From a virus (taxonomy: Duplodnaviria > Heunggongvirae > Uroviricota > Caudoviricetes), in IMG/VR virus record IMGVR_UViG_3300020714_000006: 64,000 nt of DNA. One strand, given 5' to 3'. The notes under the pieces were generated by a model. It ran no database searches and was not told the origin of the DNA. It was given only the letters and a program-made list of their open reading frames with translations. Position 1 is the stretch's first letter. Each line of letters begins with the position of its first letter. Both the position numbers and the translations under genes were made by a program. Shown here piece after piece: positions 25,254-37,557 of this stretch.

Positions 25254-26099
25254 ATGGCACAATATTCAAGATACTGGTCCTGCTCCAAATTGGCAGATTG
25301 GATACGTGGAACTGAAAAAGGTTCTTCTAAATCTGGTCGTGGATGGTCTGAATGGACAAAGGCATCAAAAGAAAATCATCCCTATAGACATTGGTTAGCA
25401 GAAGACGGATTAGATTATCTTCAGAATTTTGTTTATTGGCCATCTAATAGAATTAATGACATTATATACTATTTCAATAATAGATGGGTTACTAAATCAC
25501 ACGCATTAACAGCCCATCCACGTGATGTTAAACCAGGTGCCTGGTGTGATGTTGGCCGTAGATTTCTTCCTTGCATGTTTAATGAATTAGTTGATTTTGT
25601 TGAAATAGAACAAGCTTGGTCTCAAGTAGTGTGGGATGAAGATGCTAGAAAGAAATTTAAAACACCATGGTGGAGAAAATCGTTCCTTAGACTTCGTACT
25701 TGGCGTTCACCCGAAGCTGGAATGGAATATTTAAATTGGGCATCAACCTTAATAGTGGATGAGACCTGGGGTATAGATAAATCTCATCCAGATTATGGAA
25801 AACTATCACTCCAAGCAGAAAATGCATTAGAAATTAAAGCATTATATCAATGGTGGACTGAAGTATATCTAAATAGACCAGATCCTTATGATATAAGTGG
25901 ATGGAGTGAAATATGTAACAGAACTCGTGCAGATGGTGATATATTATCAATGTTTGACCGTGAAAATACAACACCAGATGAAGTTGCTGAACGAAATGTT
26001 TCTCATACTGAATTAAAACGGATAGAAGAAGAATATGAAAAGGAAGAAGAAGAAATGATGATACGACTAATACGTATTAGAAATAGTTTATGGACATAG
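25254..26099 (+). CDS. hypothetical phage protein (Trp-rich)
   Basis: ORF track. Confidence 0.6.
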   Translation: MAQYSRYWSCSKLADWIRGTEKGSSKSGRGWSEWTKASKENHPYRHWLAEDGLDYLQNFVYWPSNRINDIIYYFNNRWVTKSHALTAHPRDVKPGAWCDVGRRFLPCMFNELVDFVEIEQAWSQVVWDEDARKKFKTPWWRKSFLRLRTWRSPEAGMEYLNWASTLIVDETWGIDKSHPDYGKLSLQAENALEIKALYQWWTEVYLNRPDPYDISGWSEICNRTRADGDILSMFDRENTTPDEVAERNVSHTELKRIEEEYEKEEEEMMIRLIRIRNSLWT

Positions 26100-26272
26100 T
26101 TAGTAATTTTTGTAATAAATGCTGTAATGAGCGTCACTATTCTAATAAATATGATGCTTATTACTGTGAATTATGTAATAAATGGATGGAAGAGAAATGT
26201 GATGATGAAAATTGTGAATTTTGCTCATCGCGTCCAAATAAACCTAGTCAAATGGAACTGAATAATGGCTAA
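26090..26272 (+). CDS. small Cys-rich protein
   Basis: YDAYYC..C..W.E..C....CEFC..RP. Confidence 0.55.
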   Translation: MDIVSNFCNKCCNERHYSNKYDAYYCELCNKWMEEKCDDENCEFCSSRPNKPSQMELNNG

Positions 26273-27482
26273 AATAATCAAAGTTGCTGGATCTTCGGCA
26301 AAACCTAAAAAATCTAAGAAAACTAAAATCACAAGTGCTACTATTAGAGAAAATAGGGGCAAGGATTTAAGTCCAACTTGGGATAATTGTGAACAATTAG
26401 ATGCATTACAATTTCTAAAACACTATCATAGTGCAATGCAATATTATAATGTACAATTCAATGGTAAAGATCTTAAACCGGCAGTTATTAAATGGATGGA
26501 AGCTAATGAATTAGACAAAACTTTAATAATTTCATATAAGAAGACTAAAGACTGGCGTACAAGTAGTACAATGGGTGCTATTGCCAGTTGTTTATTAAGA
26601 GGTATGCCAGAACAACGAGATGATTTTAATAATGGCTCAAATATAAAAGAATGGTTGATAAATTCTATTAATACAACGGTAGAAGCTGGCAAAGCAGACA
26701 TCGAATCTGATGAAGAAACCGATAAAAAGGCAGCTGCTCCTGTTATTAACATTCAAGAACGTGTTCGTGAAGCAACGGTTAGAATGACGGATGAGATAGA
26801 AGATGCTATTGAAGTATGGATAGAAGCACCAGATAAATTTGATCCAAAACAAATTAAGATTCTTAATTTACTTAAAGGAAAAGAAGCAAAACCAGTCCAT
26901 GCTAGGATAATTAAAGAATTTTATTATTCTGGTTTACAGGAAATTACTGAAGTTATTGAAGGTACTGATGAAGATCTGAAAGAAGGATATAGTCACCGTA
27001 ATAAAAAACAACTTAATAATTTATTAGCATTCTATAAAGAAATTGACGCAGCTTGTACCATGTTAATGGAGGAAGCAAAAGTAACTAGGAAACCTAGAGT
27101 TAAAAAATCAGTACCAAAAGATAAAGTAGTTGAAAAACTTAAGTATTTAAAGACTTTTGAACCATTGAAGATAGTATCAATTAATCCAACTGATGTAATT
27201 GGTTCTAATATCCTATGGATATATAATACTAAGACAAGAAAAATCGGTAAATATATAGCAGATGAATTGACAGGACCACTTACGATAAAAGGAACTACTA
27301 TAGTTGGTTTTGATGAGCATAAAAGCGTTCAAAAAACAGTTAGAAAACCGGAAGAGAAGATAATTGAATTTAAAAATTCTGGAAAAATAGCATTAAGAAA
27401 ATTCTTAGAAGATATCAATGCTACTGATACCAAAATGAACGGCAGAATTAATGAAGATACGGTATTATTGAAGGTTGAATAA
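26265..27482 (+). CDS. hypothetical phage protein
   Basis: 405 aa ORF; YNTKTRK, GRINE motifs. Confidence 0.6.
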   Translation: MAKIIKVAGSSAKPKKSKKTKITSATIRENRGKDLSPTWDNCEQLDALQFLKHYHSAMQYYNVQFNGKDLKPAVIKWMEANELDKTLIISYKKTKDWRTSSTMGAIASCLLRGMPEQRDDFNNGSNIKEWLINSINTTVEAGKADIESDEETDKKAAAPVINIQERVREATVRMTDEIEDAIEVWIEAPDKFDPKQIKILNLLKGKEAKPVHARIIKEFYYSGLQEITEVIEGTDEDLKEGYSHRNKKQLNNLLAFYKEIDAACTMLMEEAKVTRKPRVKKSVPKDKVVEKLKYLKTFEPLKIVSINPTDVIGSNILWIYNTKTRKIGKYIADELTGPLTIKGTTIVGFDEHKSVQKTVRKPEEKIIEFKNSGKIALRKFLEDINATDTKMNGRINEDTVLLKVE

Positions 27483-27523
27483 TACAGTAGTATAAAAACA
27501 CCGTATTATATGTAAATACTAAT

Positions 27524-27865
27524 ATGATACGGTTTAATAAATTAATAAACGCACATACTAAAGATATGGATGCAATAAACCAACAAAGACGATATTGGTT
27601 AGTTGCTAGTTCTATCGTATATGTTGCTGTTATAATTTTAATATTTGGATGGGATTGGATCACTAACGTCCATCAAAAATCACTATGGTGGATATTCATC
27701 TCACTATCATTACTAATAAGTATTAATTGGTGGTATTGGACAATGGAAGTCATATCACATTTATTAGTGCATCAACAGAAAGAAGTAGAATTTATTAAAG
27801 AATTATTAAATGATATAAAAGAACTTCAAGACATCATTAAAAATAACATTGACAACCAAGATTAA
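27524..27865 (+). CDS. two-TM membrane protein
   Basis: hydrophobic segments; late-type motif upstream. Confidence 0.55.
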   Translation: MIRFNKLINAHTKDMDAINQQRRYWLVASSIVYVAVIILIFGWDWITNVHQKSLWWIFISLSLLISINWWYWTMEVISHLLVHQQKEVEFIKELLNDIKELQDIIKNNIDNQD

Positions 27866-27907
27866 ATACTATATGATAGTATTTTTTAACTTTTATAAGA
27901 CATAATA

Positions 27908-28936
27908 ATGAATAAAATTGGATTTGCCTGTAAAATTTCTGCTGTTAATGATAAAAATGAAATTGTTTCTATCCCAAAATATAATACAAAAACAACAACT
28001 ATTGCATGGTTGAATAAACAAACTAAAAAAACTGCTGAAACTAAATTGATGTTATTATTACGGCATAATTTAGAAGCAACTTGTAAAGCAGTAGAATATG
28101 TTTCTAAACAAAATCCATCATTGAGACTTTTCAGATTAACGTCTGATATTTTACCAGTCTATACTCATACGGACTGGACATATTTTTATCAATCAGAATC
28201 TATTCAACAACTATTACAGCAAAAATTTGCGGCAATTGGTGATTTAGCAAGACACCACGATGTGCGATTATCTTTTCATCCTGGACAATTTTGTTGTTTA
28301 GCAAGCGATCGACCAGATGTGGTAGAAAATAGTATTGCAGAATTTGAATACCACGCTGATATGGCACGTTGGATGGGATATGGTAAAACCTTCCAAGATA
28401 TGAAAATTAATGTACACATTGCTGGTAAACGTGGTCCTGCAGGAATGCTTGAAGCATATGAAAAATTAAGTGATGTTGCTAAAAACTGTATAACAATTGA
28501 AAATGAGGAAATGACCCATGGACTTGATGCTTGTCTTACTATTGCTGACAGGATTCCTGTCGTTCTCGATATTCACCATCATTTTATCAAAACTGGAGAA
28601 TACATCAACCCCGATGACCCACGGGTTGAAATGGTTATTCAAAGTTGGCGAGGTGTTCGCCCTACTTTACATTATTCTATTAGTAGGGAAGATGTTTTGG
28701 CCAATCATTGCGCCAGCACTAAACCAGATCTTAACTTACTTTTAGAAGCTGGACATTCTAAACAAAAACTTCGCGCACATTCTGATTTCTACTGGAACGA
28801 TGCTGTTAATAACTGGGCATTGACATTCTCAGATAAATTTGATATACTTTGTGAATCAAAAGCCAAAAATTTAGCGAGTTTTAAATTATATGATTATAGA
28901 ACAAGAAAATATCTGGACCAATCAGTGGTTTTATAA
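27908..28936 (+). CDS. uvsE: UV damage endonuclease
   Basis: IGFAC, RLSFHPGQF, IENEE, LDIHH, HSD, ESKAKN. Confidence 0.9.
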   Translation: MNKIGFACKISAVNDKNEIVSIPKYNTKTTTIAWLNKQTKKTAETKLMLLLRHNLEATCKAVEYVSKQNPSLRLFRLTSDILPVYTHTDWTYFYQSESIQQLLQQKFAAIGDLARHHDVRLSFHPGQFCCLASDRPDVVENSIAEFEYHADMARWMGYGKTFQDMKINVHIAGKRGPAGMLEAYEKLSDVAKNCITIENEEMTHGLDACLTIADRIPVVLDIHHHFIKTGEYINPDDPRVEMVIQSWRGVRPTLHYSISREDVLANHCASTKPDLNLLLEAGHSKQKLRAHSDFYWNDAVNNWALTFSDKFDILCESKAKNLASFKLYDYRTRKYLDQSVVL

Positions 28937-29143
28937 TAATGCTAAATGGCAACTAAAATTTGTCTGGTTGCCAGTACGCTGTGATAAATCTAATAGATTA
29001 TTATGGTTTACGTATGCTTATCGTGGTGATATTTCAGTAAATACTTTGGTTGACTCTGGTATGAATAAAGTAACGATACCTGAAACCAGGTGGCTTAGAA
29101 AACAAGAGTATATATTCGGTAAAATAGCAGGAACGATATAATA

Positions 29144-29163
29144 AAGGGGCTTAATGCCCCTTT
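29144..29163. terminator. bidirectional intrinsic terminator
   Basis: AAAGGGGC-TTAAT-GCCCCTTT between convergent genes. Confidence 0.65.
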
Positions 29164-29165
29164 AC

Positions 29166-29435
29166 TTATTTTGCTTTTTTCGGTCTACCACGTTTTTTAG
29201 GAACAAATGATACAACTGTTGGTCCTTTTGCTACTAATTCTTTTTTAGTTCTTTTAGGAACTTTTTTTACAACTTCTTTTATTTCTACAACCTCAGATAT
29301 TTCTGATACTACTTCTTCTTTAATTTCTTTTGGTTTTTTAACACGTTTTACTACTTTCTTTTCAACAACAGCAACTTCTGCTACTACCGCTACTTCTTCT
29401 TTAATTCCAAATAATTTTTTAATAAAATTTAACAT
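29166..29435 (-). CDS. small Lys/Glu/Val-rich basic protein
   Basis: GGAG RBS; KKRGRPKK AT-hook-like tail. Confidence 0.55.
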   Translation of the reverse strand: MLNFIKKLFGIKEEVAVVAEVAVVEKKVVKRVKKPKEIKEEVVSEISEVVEIKEVVKKVPKRTKKELVAKGPTVVSFVPKKRGRPKKAK

Positions 29436-29455
29436 AATTTCTCCTTGTTATGTAT

Positions 29456-29743
29456 TTATAATTGATCAATTGTCTTCATACAACTTACTGGTAAATCCCA
29501 AATATGTTGTTTTTCTAATCCTTTTTCTTGTGCAAATCTTTTTGCATCACAATTTCCACATACATGGTAATAATGATTATTAATTCTGTTTGGATCCATT
29601 TTACCACGTTCTCTTTGAAATAACTCACCACAACAGTCACACATTAACGTAATAATAGTCTTTCGTCTATTATAATTGTGTATAACCCCCAATTTACTAG
29701 TTCTTTCATGAACTGTCATTATATATTCTGATTTAATAAACAT
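29456..29743 (-). CDS. hypothetical Zn-binding protein
   Basis: CDCC...CGNC. Confidence 0.55.
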   Translation of the reverse strand: MFIKSEYIMTVHERTSKLGVIHNYNRRKTIITLMCDCCGELFQRERGKMDPNRINNHYYHVCGNCDAKRFAQEKGLEKQHIWDLPVSCMKTIDQL

Positions 29744-29810
29744 AATACTATTTACATTAAGATTATAAAACCTATTGATAAATACTTAGAAATAACCCAA
29801 CGAGGTATAA

Positions 29811-31522
<1,712 letters not shown>

Positions 31523-31523
<1 letters not shown>

Positions 31524-32440
31524 TGACAAAACAAGTAATTAATATAGGTGTAACAGCAAATGACAGAAGTGGTGACCCGATACGCACAGCTTTTAATAAA
31601 GTAAATCAAAATTTTACCGAACTTTATACATTAACTGGCGGTACTGCTGCTGATTTACAAGAATTAGTACAAGATTACGCTGCCCCTTTATTTACACATA
31701 ATTATCATACTGGTATAACCTTTACATATGATGATATTAATAATAGATTAGTAGCAGTAGTTTCTGATAACGACAGTTCATACGTAACTAGTACTAATTT
31801 AACAACAATTTTAGATTCTTATGCTACGGAAAGTTTTGTAACAACCCAAGGATATATTACATCTAACGGATTACCAAGTCAAACTGGAAATAATGGAAAA
31901 TATTTATCAACTGATGGAAATGGTACATTAACCTGGAAAAATGTAAACAGTTTAAATAACGGGTCTTATGTATTAAATATTGATTCATATGGTAATGTTA
32001 CACTACCAGGGACAACTGTGTTTCCAGGTAATAATTACGGACAGTTTCAAACACCGCCCGCACAAAATACATATGTAACAGAGATAACACCAATTGTTAT
32101 ATTTTCAGGAACAAATAATTTAGTTGAAACCATGAAAGCAACTATTCAAGTTCAAGCAGATGGGGTTGATGTAGGAAATGTTTTTACATATCATTCGCAA
32201 ATTTGTGAAATATTAGTTGTTCGTAAAAGAATATATGATGCAAACATTGATTCTACGTCTTATGCAGTTGAGGCAATGGTATATGGTGTGATTCATACTT
32301 CAACAAATCAATTAGCAACATTTGATGCACACTGGAATCCAACAACAAACAAGATTGAAATTACTATGACTCGCGATCCATCTTATATTGGAGTTAATGC
32401 AAGAGTAATTGCAATAGAATCAGTTAATTTAGCACCTTAA
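31523..32440 (+). CDS. virion tail/baseplate protein
   Basis: same NDRSGDPIRTAF.KVN.NF N-terminal motif. Confidence 0.7.
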
Positions 32441-32450
32441 GGAAATAAAA

Positions 32451-32663
32451 ATGGCAATTAAACCGTTCGCAATACAAGGCGCCGACCTAATACTAGGTGG
32501 CGTAAATTTACAAGCAGGTACAACTGGTGTTGTTATTCCTGGCATTACTCAAGCAACTAGCTATAAAGTAGAAGAAGTTAATACTGTCTGTGTCAAACAT
32601 AAAATTACCGTTGTAAGGTTGACTTGCTATTTGACTTTCACTATAAAAGAAACTGAATCCTAA
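32451..32663 (+). pseudogene. truncated virion-type protein
   Basis: good RBS and N-terminus; runs into the opposite-strand gene near 32580. Confidence 0.45.
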
Positions 32664-32855
32664 TTGTTCAAGTTCCGTTAACACTTGTTTTACTATGATA
32701 GATTCTGCCTTATCTCTATGTTCTATATTTTGGTTGTGAATATGATGTATATGTAGGTTATATTGTTTGTATTCAGATTCTGTTAATAATTTGTAAATCA
32801 TACCAAGACTATCTAGTCCGCCTGAGTACATGGCTAAGATTGTTTGTTGTTCCAT
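32508..32855 (-). pseudogene. truncated PP-loop ATPase (QueC-like) gene
   Basis: YSGGLDS PP-loop; only 115 aa, overlapping the convergent ORF. Confidence 0.55.
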
Positions 32856-33292
32856 ATATAAAATGTATAAACCTCATTAATAGGATGTTCAAATGGGAAA
32901 GGTGTTAGTTCTTCTGCTTTGGGAAAATACACAGCATATTTTGTTGACCAATTTGGGTTAAGAAAAGACCGAGATATAAACCGATCACAGTTAGGTAATA
33001 TTACACTTAGGAGGTTTTCTGTAAATTCTTTTCCAAATGATAACCCACCATCTATAATAATAGTATCCCAATGATTGTTTAATTCAAACCAATCTTTATT
33101 CTGTATTTTAGGATCTGTATACTTTGGTTATAAATCCCATGCTTCTGTTGCAAGTGGTAATAATAAATGTGTACTGCCAAGTAATAAAACGCTACCTATG
33201 CAATATTGTTCAAATACGCGATAATCAGTTTCATCAGGAGCTGCTGGCCATTTTAATGATGTCCAAAATTCTTTATCGGTATGTATGCTCAT
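32834..33292 (-). pseudogene. hypothetical gene with in-frame TAA at 33128-33130
   Basis: MSIHTDKEFW...AWDL*PKYTDPKIQ...YIWNNKQS* reads through in one frame and overlaps the next start. Confidence 0.5.
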
Positions 33293-33347
33293 AACGATAT
33301 TTAGGCTAAATATAGGAACAACATAAAAAAAGAGAGTAATACAAATT

Positions 33348-35657
33348 ATGACAACAATATTATGGACAGAAAATACTGGATATTCTTTAGGAACATTACC
33401 AGAAAGAGCTGCTGTCACAATACAATTACCAGTACCATCTACACCAATTGGTGTTTTATATTCTGTTATATCAGGTGAACTGCCTCCTGGATTGGAGTTA
33501 ATTGGACATACAATAACTGGAAATCCATTCATAGTTGCAACGGCTACTACATTTTCATTTTGTATTAGAGCTACGTATAATAATGAAATATCCGATAGAA
33601 CATTTTTTATTACTATTACTGGCGCAAATCCACCAGAATTTGTAATTCAAGATGCTAATTTAGATATAGGACCAGTTCATCAGTTTTTTGCAATTGATAA
33701 GACATATATTGAATACAAATTAGAAGCTACTGAATTAATACCATCCTTACGCCCAAATTTAACATTTATAATTATTGATGGAATACTACCACCTGGATTA
33801 ACATTAAGTAAAAATGGTGTAATATCAGGAATTGTTGATGAATTGACCGCAATTCCACCAGATAATGCACAAGGAATTTATACTTTTACAGTATCAGTTA
33901 CGGATGGGTTCTTATATACAAATAAACAATATACTATTTATATAGTTGGTCCATCATACTTATCAGCTGATAATATATCAATATTGGATGGTAATCATTT
34001 ATTTACAGCAGATGTAACATCATCACGCCCAATACAGTGGGTAACTTCAGGCAACTTAGGAACATATAAATCAAATAATTATATAACAATCCCTATTGAA
34101 TTAATTGATAATACCAATGTACTATTTAGTATTGATAATAATGATTTATTACTTCTTTCAGAAATTGGACTTAATTTTGATCGGGTAAACGCTACATTAT
34201 ATGGAAATGTACCCTATCAAGAATTTCGTATATACAATTTTACAATAACAGCGACTAGATATAATTACTATACTGGTGAATCATTATCATCTTCTAAAAT
34301 ATTTACACTAGAAATTGCTGGTATAAATAATTATATAACTTGGGATAGTGTTTCAGAATCTGGTGCAGTATTAGTAGCTAAATTAGGATATGAAAATTCT
34401 CATGGATTACCACAACAAGATCAAGTTGCTTCTATAATAATAATGGATGGTGGTTCTGGATATAACATAACACCAAATATAACACTGATTCCAACTGATG
34501 GCGGAACTGATGCATTAGCTTATTGTACTATCAAAAATGGAAGTATATATAGTGTTGATGTCATATACCCAGGTTCAGGATATATTACCCCACCAAACAT
34601 AAACTTATCACATTCTTTGGGTACTATTGATGTTATACAACCATCAACATTATTTGTTTCTGCAACTAGTTCTGTAAAAAATTCAATATTAGAATATTCA
34701 ATAGTTGGTGGTGTATTGCCACCTGGTTTGGCAATGACTGCCGATGGAGAAATAACAGGTAAAGTTGATAAAAATAAACTAACTAGATTTCAAGGAACTC
34801 CATTTGATAATAATGTAACAATTTTTGATAATACAACAACAACGTTTGATGATGTCTTTACATTTACAGTGAAAGCATATAATCAATATGGGGTTAGTTT
34901 TCAATCATTCTCTATAACGATTGATTCTAGAAATATAACAGATTACAGTAATATTATAGTTAAACCAATGCTAATTAGTAAACAACGAGCGGAGTGGAAC
35001 GATTTTATAAATAATACAACAATATTTCCATTAAGCAGTTTATATAGACTTAATGATAATAATTTTGGATTAAATATAGATTTAGAAATGCTAATATTTG
35101 CTGGTATAGAAACCTCTACTATTGAATCTTACGTAAATGCGGCATTATTAAATAATAAGAAAAAAAGATTTTTATTTAATAATATTAAAACATCAATCGC
35201 AATAGATCCAGTGTCAAATCTAGAAATATATGAAGTAGTATATATAGAAATGATTGATCAAGAAGAATTAAATAACAAATATTTACCAAAAAGTTTTAAT
35301 TACAACGGCGTTACCTATAATTCTAATAATGTTGAAAGTTGGCAATTAAATATATCCGAAGCAATAAATTCACATGGACAACAATTAACTAATAACCAAG
35401 AACTATTGACATTATGGATGAGAACATTAACTAAAATGCAAATCCCTGGTTTTGTATTGGGAATACCATTATGTTATTGTAAGGTAGGCACTGCGGCAAG
35501 CATTGTGCTAAATATAAATAATTATATTAATAACAAATCCAACAATTTTAATTTTAATAATATAGATTACACCGTAGATAGATATATTATTGATTCCGTA
35601 TACAATCAAACAGGACCTCAATATATAATTTTTAATAATAATAGGACAACAGTATGA
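33348..35657 (+). CDS. virion structural protein with Ig-like repeats (baseplate wedge-like)
   Basis: repeated G.LPPGL.L...G.I.G and F.FTV.A motifs. Confidence 0.7.
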   Translation: MTTILWTENTGYSLGTLPERAAVTIQLPVPSTPIGVLYSVISGELPPGLELIGHTITGNPFIVATATTFSFCIRATYNNEISDRTFFITITGANPPEFVIQDANLDIGPVHQFFAIDKTYIEYKLEATELIPSLRPNLTFIIIDGILPPGLTLSKNGVISGIVDELTAIPPDNAQGIYTFTVSVTDGFLYTNKQYTIYIVGPSYLSADNISILDGNHLFTADVTSSRPIQWVTSGNLGTYKSNNYITIPIELIDNTNVLFSIDNNDLLLLSEIGLNFDRVNATLYGNVPYQEFRIYNFTITATRYNYYTGESLSSSKIFTLEIAGINNYITWDSVSESGAVLVAKLGYENSHGLPQQDQVASIIIMDGGSGYNITPNITLIPTDGGTDALAYCTIKNGSIYSVDVIYPGSGYITPPNINLSHSLGTIDVIQPSTLFVSATSSVKNSILEYSIVGGVLPPGLAMTADGEITGKVDKNKLTRFQGTPFDNNVTIFDNTTTTFDDVFTFTVKAYNQYGVSFQSFSITIDSRNITDYSNIIVKPMLISKQRAEWNDFINNTTIFPLSSLYRLNDNNFGLNIDLEMLIFAGIETSTIESYVNAALLNNKKKRFLFNNIKTSIAIDPVSNLEIYEVVYIEMIDQEELNNKYLPKSFNYNGVTYNSNNVESWQLNISEAINSHGQQLTNNQELLTLWMRTLTKMQIPGFVLGIPLCYCKVGTAASIVLNINNYINNKSNNFNFNNIDYTVDRYIIDSVYNQTGPQYIIFNNNRTTV

Positions 35658-36100
35658 GTAGTAACATAAATTATACATCAATAGATGAAACATATCCAAT
35701 AGCGGGGACTAATAATAATACACAAGGATTTCGTGATAACTTTACTGCGATAAAAAACGGATTGGCAGAAGCATCTGCTGAAATATCTACATTACAAATA
35801 GAAATTACTAATATAAGTGGTGGTGTAGGTTCAGCTGGGGCATCTGCTACAACTATTGCATCAAGTAGCACAATTGCTCCAACTAACTCTATTACATTTA
35901 TATCTGGAACAAATGCAATTGATACTATTACGGTTCCTAGTCCAATTTCATTAGGTGGTGGATATATTACCTTAATACCAACTGCTGCATTTACTACAAC
36001 AACAGCTGGTAACATTGCACTAGCATCAACTGCCGTTGCATATAAAGCATTAACAATGTTTTATGATGCTGGAACTACCAAATGGTATCCATCTTATTAA
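35654..36100 (+). CDS. virion structural protein
   Basis: IDETYPIAG.NN.QGFRDNF N-terminus. Confidence 0.6.
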   Translation: MSSNINYTSIDETYPIAGTNNNTQGFRDNFTAIKNGLAEASAEISTLQIEITNISGGVGSAGASATTIASSSTIAPTNSITFISGTNAIDTITVPSPISLGGGYITLIPTAAFTTTTAGNIALASTAVAYKALTMFYDAGTTKWYPSY

Positions 36101-36108
36101 GGAAAATT

Positions 36109-36339
36109 ATGCATCCATTAGTTAATAATTTAGATACATTTAAAACAGTTGAAATAGAAGCAAAAATTGCAGAATTATCTAAAAAATATTTCTTGACAAA
36201 TAATCCAGACTTGCAATTTCAAATTGGTAGTGTATTAGAATCATATAAAGCAGAATTGCAACAACGAAGAAGTGATGATTGGAAAAAAGCACAAGAAAAT
36301 CGTGATAAAGGACTTGACAAACTCATCAAAATAGATTAA
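36109..36339 (+). CDS. hypothetical protein
   Basis: AAGGA RBS before ATG 36109. Confidence 0.5.
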   Translation: MHPLVNNLDTFKTVEIEAKIAELSKKYFLTNNPDLQFQIGSVLESYKAELQQRRSDDWKKAQENRDKGLDKLIKID

Positions 36340-36348
36340 AATATAGGA

Positions 36349-36849
36349 ATGAAATTAGATAAATTTGGAAACCCTATATTCAATGAAACAGATGTATTTA
36401 ACTTGTTATATCAAGAAAATACATCTGTCCTACCACAAATAACTGTTGATTATAACAGTGAATTAGCACAATTAGCAAATATTGCTGAAATACAATTTAA
36501 AAATATAGAAAATGATTCTCCTATTGCAGAATGGGATAAACTTAGGCAAAAAACATGGTTCATACCAGATGAATACATATCATTTGATATACAAGCATAC
36601 TGTATTGCCAAATGTATCACAATAGATGAACAAACCCGTGTATTTGAAGAATATAATGAATTTGAAAGATTACATATGATTGATTTATTAAGATGGTGCA
36701 AATATTTTGTTGATACATGTACTAATAATGATATATTATGGGGTGTTGGACGAGGTAGTTCTGTTGCATCATATATATTATACTTAATTGGTGTTCATAG
36801 AATTAACAGTATTAAATATAATTTAGATTGGAAAGAATTTCTAAGATAA
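36349..36849 (+). CDS. stand-alone DnaE (Pol III alpha)-like fragment
   Basis: WGVGRGSSVASYILYLIGVHRI.SIKYNL...EFL. Confidence 0.75.
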   Translation: MKLDKFGNPIFNETDVFNLLYQENTSVLPQITVDYNSELAQLANIAEIQFKNIENDSPIAEWDKLRQKTWFIPDEYISFDIQAYCIAKCITIDEQTRVFEEYNEFERLHMIDLLRWCKYFVDTCTNNDILWGVGRGSSVASYILYLIGVHRINSIKYNLDWKEFLR

Positions 36850-36870
36850 CTACATAAAAGGAGATTAAAC

Positions 36871-37170
36871 ATGACAATATACAGAACCTCACAAGGTAAA
36901 CAAATCGATTTAAACAAGTTGATTAACCAAAATGAATTAACATTAGCAGTTGGGAATAAAAAAGTTAATGCACGCGGCGATTTAATTGGGCCTGGTGGAA
37001 CAATAATTAAGAAAAATGAAGATACTACAAATGGTGTGGTTATACCAGATCAAATAAGAGCTAAACCACCGGTAGAAATGGAAGAACAGCCAATTGTGGA
37101 AGAACAAACAATACCAACTAAAGCTAAATCAAAAAATATAAAAGGAATGGACCCAGAAGGTAACGAATGA
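36871..37170 (+). CDS. hypothetical phage protein
   Basis: AVGN..VNARGD.IGPGG. Confidence 0.55.
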   Translation: MTIYRTSQGKQIDLNKLINQNELTLAVGNKKVNARGDLIGPGGTIIKKNEDTTNGVVIPDQIRAKPPVEMEEQPIVEEQTIPTKAKSKNIKGMDPEGNE

Positions 37171-37556
37171 ATGTAATAAAATGTAATACAGTAACACCGT
37201 TGCATGATGGTGTTATTGTAAGTAATATGAACTTTGACATTCAACAAACTGATAGTGGTATTATAGTTACTAGCGATGATGGTAAAAGTGAAGGTATAAA
37301 ACCCAGATGGGCTAAGGTATATTCGGTTGGTAAAGCCCAAACAACTATAAAAGCTGGTGATTGGATACTAATAGAACATGGTAGATGGACTAGAAGCTTA
37401 AAAGTTCAAGATTCATCTGGATCAATAGTTGAACTTAGGAGAGTAGAAGTAAAATCTATCATTATGATTAATGACGTCTGCCCAAAAGATGTTTATCTAG
37501 GTAAATCCAATAAATCAACAACACAAACTTTTGATTTTTCCAACCCAATGTTTTAA
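37167..37556 (+). CDS. GroES-like co-chaperonin (second copy)
   Basis: PLHDGVIV, SGIIV, VYSVG, GDWILI. Confidence 0.7.
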   Translation: MNVIKCNTVTPLHDGVIVSNMNFDIQQTDSGIIVTSDDGKSEGIKPRWAKVYSVGKAQTTIKAGDWILIEHGRWTRSLKVQDSSGSIVELRRVEVKSIIMINDVCPKDVYLGKSNKSTTQTFDFSNPMF

Positions 37557-37557
37557 T

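Noticed and set aside
33128-33130. Stop-codon reassignment
   Set aside because: Single in-frame TAA; TAA, TAG and TGA all end genes normally and no suppressor tRNA is present
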